Under the pieces are notes generated by a model, which did not search any database, was not told where the DNA came from, and saw only the letters and a list, made by a program, of their open reading frames with translations. A stretch of 48,619 nucleotides of DNA from Priapulus caudatus. Its lineage: Eukaryota. Location of the stretch: the NCBI RefSeq assembly GCF_000485595.1, contig NW_014577063.1:1010822-1059440 (forward strand). The letters are read 5' to 3'. A program made the translations under genes and the position numbers. Below, one piece after another: positions 44,022 through 48,619 of the stretch; the first letter of the stretch is position 1, and every line of letters begins with the position of its first letter.

Positions 44022-47000
44022 GTGTGTGTGTGTGTGTGTGTGTGTGATTGCGAGATCATCCGCGTTATCTGATCGTGTTTGTTTAGGAAAAGGCGTACAA
44101 TGTACAATGCGACGTACGCGTCGAGCTAAAGAGTAAAGGGAGAGAAACGACTGACGCAATATTAGCGAGGACTCTACTTTCGAGTTGCGTATAAGGCCAG
44201 CACGGACCACCCTCTTTCTTCGGCTCTCACACGTGCAAGCGAGCACTTATGGCTTTTTGTATTCGCTGTCGGTGTTTACGCGAAATGGTTGTCACGCTGA
44301 TAGCGCGGACAGGACTGTTGTTATAGCGATCTCTCAGATAGATTGACACGCCCGTGACAAGTTGGTGGTGGGCCGCTGCGCTCTTGCGCGCCTGCTCGCG
44401 CGGCGTGTGGTGGTGGTGGTACTGAGACGCAGCTTGTAAACAACCCGGGCGACAACGTCAACACGAGTCGCGTTACACAAAGAGAGTGTGAAGAGGCTGT
44501 ACAAACAGCTCGCGGACGTTTCACAACGATCTGGTGCGATCATCTTCTCTATGCATGGTGGCCAGCATGCACGGAGGACAAACATGGACTTGCATGATCA
44601 CATCTATATAGTTGCTTGGATAAAGGGACGCAAGCACACGCGCGCCATTTACGGGTCGCCCCGTAAAATTAATGTCGACTGTTTCCAGACATATTAATTA
44701 TATGAAATATATAAATAAATATATATATATATTATCAAGAGCTAATAATACCTAATAGGTATTATTAGGTACAATAGATTATATTACGATATATAGGTTA
44801 TATAATTACGTATAATAGGTATTATTAGCTCTTGATATCATTTTATTTATATGGTTGTCATTTTATAGCCTAGCTAATGAAGAGAGATAATTCTCGAAAG
44901 CTTGCTGATTAAAATTTAACACGCTATTACATTTTTCTACGTTTATATATATATATATCACTGTATATGTATATATATAGTATATATCTGTAGTGATATA
45001 CGTTTAATATCACGTAATTAAATCATATATCAGTGTTCAGACGGATATATGCGCCGTTTCAATGTACTTGACTATTATAGGTTAGTGTCCAATGTGTATA
45101 TGCGTGCGTGTCTATAGAGTTCACGTGCATGGTTACATACTTGTGGTGTGCGTGTGTGTGCGTATATACGTGTGCGTGCGTGTGTACATATGTGTACGTG
45201 TGTGTCTGTGCGCGAGCGCGCGTGTAAATGCGTGCGTACGTCTGTGTGCGTGAGCGTAAATAACGATTCATTTCTATCAGTAAGTCAATATGCCATCATA
45301 GATGTCTGTGACCTGGTACATAAATATGAGAAGAAATTGTACGATCGGACCTGATGTATAATGCACAAAAGAACGTTGGGCGTACTGAGCCATGCAATAT
45401 GGCACGCTGAAACGGCAAGTATATATACGCCGGCGTTTGTATAGTAATCGAAACACAAATCGATAGAACGCTAGGATGCTATATATAAGCAGTGCGAGTA
45501 TGTTTCGTTGAAGACTATGCTTTTTATAGATTCATTTGTGTTACGAGCGTCATGAGTCTTCCAAGCGCTGTGGAATGCTGACTGTATATACGCGCTATAT
45601 AAACCAGCCCGCTGAGGTGCTAGCTTCGACATATGATGTATCACTGTTAGCCGTGTGTCAATTGGTTATTATATGGACCGGTTGCAGGACCATTACCTTT
45701 GCAATCAATCAATGTGCTAATTGTTTTCACGGGGAATGCACCTGCATGGCCTACGTATTTGCAAACACCGCCGCTGTGTACCTAAACCCTTTATAACATC
45801 AACGCCCGCGAATAGCTGCACGAAATAGATTTTCCAGCAATAACACGTGCCGTGTAATAAATTTTTCTTAATATGATTGTGATGTGAATAACTGAGACAT
45901 GCATGTATGAAGTAGCTCGCTTATTTATTGCTCACACGATGGTTACTAGTATATATAAAATGACCATGTAAATTTTTTATGCAAAGTACGTTTGTCTAAA
46001 AAACGTATTTTACTTAAAATGTAATCCCTTGTAACACTAAACACACTCCAAAAATTCTTAGCAGTTAGGATAGAATAATATACAATAAAATATTTTTTGG
46101 CATAATCTCATTTATTATGCATATCTCATACATCATACCGAGCCAAGCTTCAAATATAAGTGTTTGCTTACATCGACACGCTAACGGCAAACTAGGAAGT
46201 ATAGAGCAGCAATTTAATAATAAAGAGTGGTTCAAAATCATCATTGTATTTTCATTTCTCACATTTTCTCAACAGTATTTGCTAAATTTACACATAATCG
46301 CAGCACCATGGTCATGGTATAACATGGTCATTTATAACATTGTATCTGCAAGCATCCGCCTTAGAATTACTGCTTCAGTTCGCAGGTAAGCAACCTCTTA
46401 GGTTACATTTTGGGAAAATAGTAATGCGATAACATCAAACTATCTTTCTCCGAGGAAATAAAAGAACAGGTTCGTCGCACTAGGACTTGGAGAAGCGTGG
46501 AAGGGTTTCAGAACCACTACGAAGCACAGCGTGACAGCTAAGGTCACCCGAGGAAAAAAAGAAAAGCAAGAACGAGTCAAAATTGGCAAGAGACTTTACG
46601 ACCGATAGATAAAACTGAAGGTTGATAAGCCGGCAGAATAAAGGTTCTAAACGTTACCGCTTAACGCTAAAACCGCCGTTCAAAGACAACCGCGGAAAGA
46701 TAAAACTGAATGAGCGAAAGAACAGTGCATATATATATAGAGCTCGAGTCAGCGCCTGCACCTAAATAGCCAAATGAAAGCACATGAAGTTGTGCGGAAA
46801 CTGAAGAAAGACTGTAGACGAAGCCAGTGAAACACGACGGATCGTGAAGGAAGACAGTTATCTAACATGGATGACGTCATCAGACGACATGACGAGTACT
46901 CAGGTTAGTTGCACAGTCACGGGACCAAGTGACGGAGAGTAGCAAGGCGCGTAAGTTTAATAGCTTTTTTATAGCGTTATATATACCCCCCCCTTGATAT

Positions 47001-48579
47001 CTATTTCATATCTAACCCTCCTTGATATCTAATTTATTTCGATCCGCTCACCCCCTTTATATCTCTTTTATAGCACGACATTAATCACATTAAAGTTGGG
47101 AACGCTCCTAATGGAGCATCACCCGAAACATTGGCGAACCTTATGAAATCCTTGATCATCGCGGATAGCATGGATCCAAGCACCATGGAAAGTGAGATTC
47201 GCGATGTCAACAAAATCCTGCCATCCAGTAAGACACATCGAATTTATAGACTTGCGGCTGATCCGATCAAGGATAGTAGCGACTTGCAACCCAGTTCTTA
47301 TACTCGACTCTGTAATACGATCTTTCATGAGACAACCTTGTTACGTGAGCACTGTCGCTAATCAATTTTCATGCAGATCTTGAAAATTGTTACGCTCAGC
47401 TGTGACGAGCATTGACCAATATCTTGTATCAGTGATTCAAGAAGGATGCCCCCCCCCGCGAGTGCGTTTTAGACGTGTGTCATCAAGCGCTGAATTAGGA
47501 GGGAGGCAGATAAGCTTCAGGAAGAGTGTCGGCACCGGGAGCCAAGTGTTCCACATCCATATTATCATGTCGAAGGTATAGGGAATATAACCAATCACCA
47601 CTTATGCTTTCGTAGGCCATACGAAGCCGTATGACTCACGCCAAAAGTCTCGATTTTTTTAGACCGTTTTAAAATTTTCAATCCACGATTATTTCCTAAA
47701 GCAATGCGTCTATTAGGTGTTATTACGGTATTCCATGAGGTTAATGCACATTCAAAACGATGATCGATGAAATTGCGAACGTATCGAGTGTGTACGTTAC
47801 GACGTTTAAAACAATTCTTTTTATACATTTGATGGTTAATGAAGCCATACGACAGATGATTGTGCGCAGGACCGTAGCTAGGAATTAATGTATGGGCGTG
47901 GGGGGTAAGATTAACGAGCGCTGGAGGCGCTCACTTCTAGGGGTTGGGGGGGCCTGCCCCCAGGAATTTTTGAAATATAGAAGCTCTGAAATGCCATTTC
48001 CAGCCATTTCAGGTAGGTTACATACCTAAAACTCCCCAAATGGTTAAGCGAGTATTTTCTAATCTTAAGTTCCTATTATTCTTCACAGGTTTTTTTTGGC
48101 GTGGGGGGGGGGCAGCTGCTCCCCTGCCCCCTGCTAGCTACGGCCCTGGTGCGGTAAACCGATAATATAAACATAAATCGCATGCTTACTGGATGCAGAG
48201 CTAGCTCGACTTTGGCTATTGTAATGTGGTGTCGAAGTTGGCGTCTTGGCATTTTTGTAATCATATTGGGACAACTATAACCTGTTTCTGATATGACTCG
48301 GAGATGTTATTTGGCATAGGTTATATTTTGCCGTTTGATGAGAACATTTTTGTTCCTGGAATTATTCGTAAACGACGGAAATTAACATGTTTGTTAATTT
48401 ACGAGGAAGCAGAATCCGGCTAGATTCGGTTCTTAATTTGGACACCGAATCAATATAGGCCTAGTGAATAAAATTATGTTCTGTGTGGTTTTAACTGCAG
48501 ATTTGAAATTGACATTCTATATTTACCTTGACCATATTAGATCCTATACGTATTGCCTCATTCTTCGGTGCGCATATAC

Positions 48580-48619
<40 letters not shown>
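44022..48619. repeat. Near-identical second copy of 39267-44011 with the central ~3 kb inverted; probable uncollapsed haplotype
   Basis: Same ORF artefacts appear twice; copies are joined by a 10-N gap inside microsatellites; only scattered SNPs/indels differ. Confidence 0.85.
47867..48148. mobile_element. MITE with CAGG(A/G)CCGTAGCTAG TIRs, intact copy; split copy at 40190-40286 + 43342-43522
   Basis: caggaccgtagctagg...ctagctacggccctg, flanked by gtgcg on both sides; superfamily probably hAT-like but the TSD seen is only 5 bp. Confidence 0.75.

Noticed and set aside
39267..48619. True tandem duplication of the nidogen upstream region
   Set aside because: Join is a 10-N gap in microsatellites and differences look allelic; an uncollapsed haplotype is more parsimonious, though read depth is needed to confirm.

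Overview
Eukaryotic (invertebrate animal) genomic scaffold, rich in microsatellites, with four assembly gaps. The main feature is a complete multi-exon nidogen/entactin gene on the minus strand (ATG at 39111, stop at 6382). I traced 27 clean GT-AG exons with consistent phases (1520 aa) plus one indel-damaged EGF exon. The architecture is signal peptide-NIDO-EGF-G2F-EGFx6-[Kunitz-Kunitz-WAP-Lustrin-Kunitz]-EGFx3-YWTD propeller-EGF. The five-exon protease-inhibitor cassette in the rod is not part of the nidogen architectures I know and is the most striking observation. Tail-to-tail with it on the plus strand is a 3-exon gene for a secreted 268-aa Gly/His/Tyr-rich structural-type protein (2331-4923). 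Non-coding DNA contains a hAT-type MITE with an 8-bp TSD and a visible empty site, and several tiny CA(A/G)GAG palindromes with 7-bp TSDs that look like P-element excision footprints. There is also a ~3.1-kb inversion that splits a MITE just upstream of nidogen. Several multi-kb repeats (20-23.4 kb, 31-34.7 kb, 44-48.6 kb) are most likely assembly artefacts (noisy long-read gap fill, uncollapsed haplotype), but they expose allelic differences. The species cannot be fixed from sequence alone.
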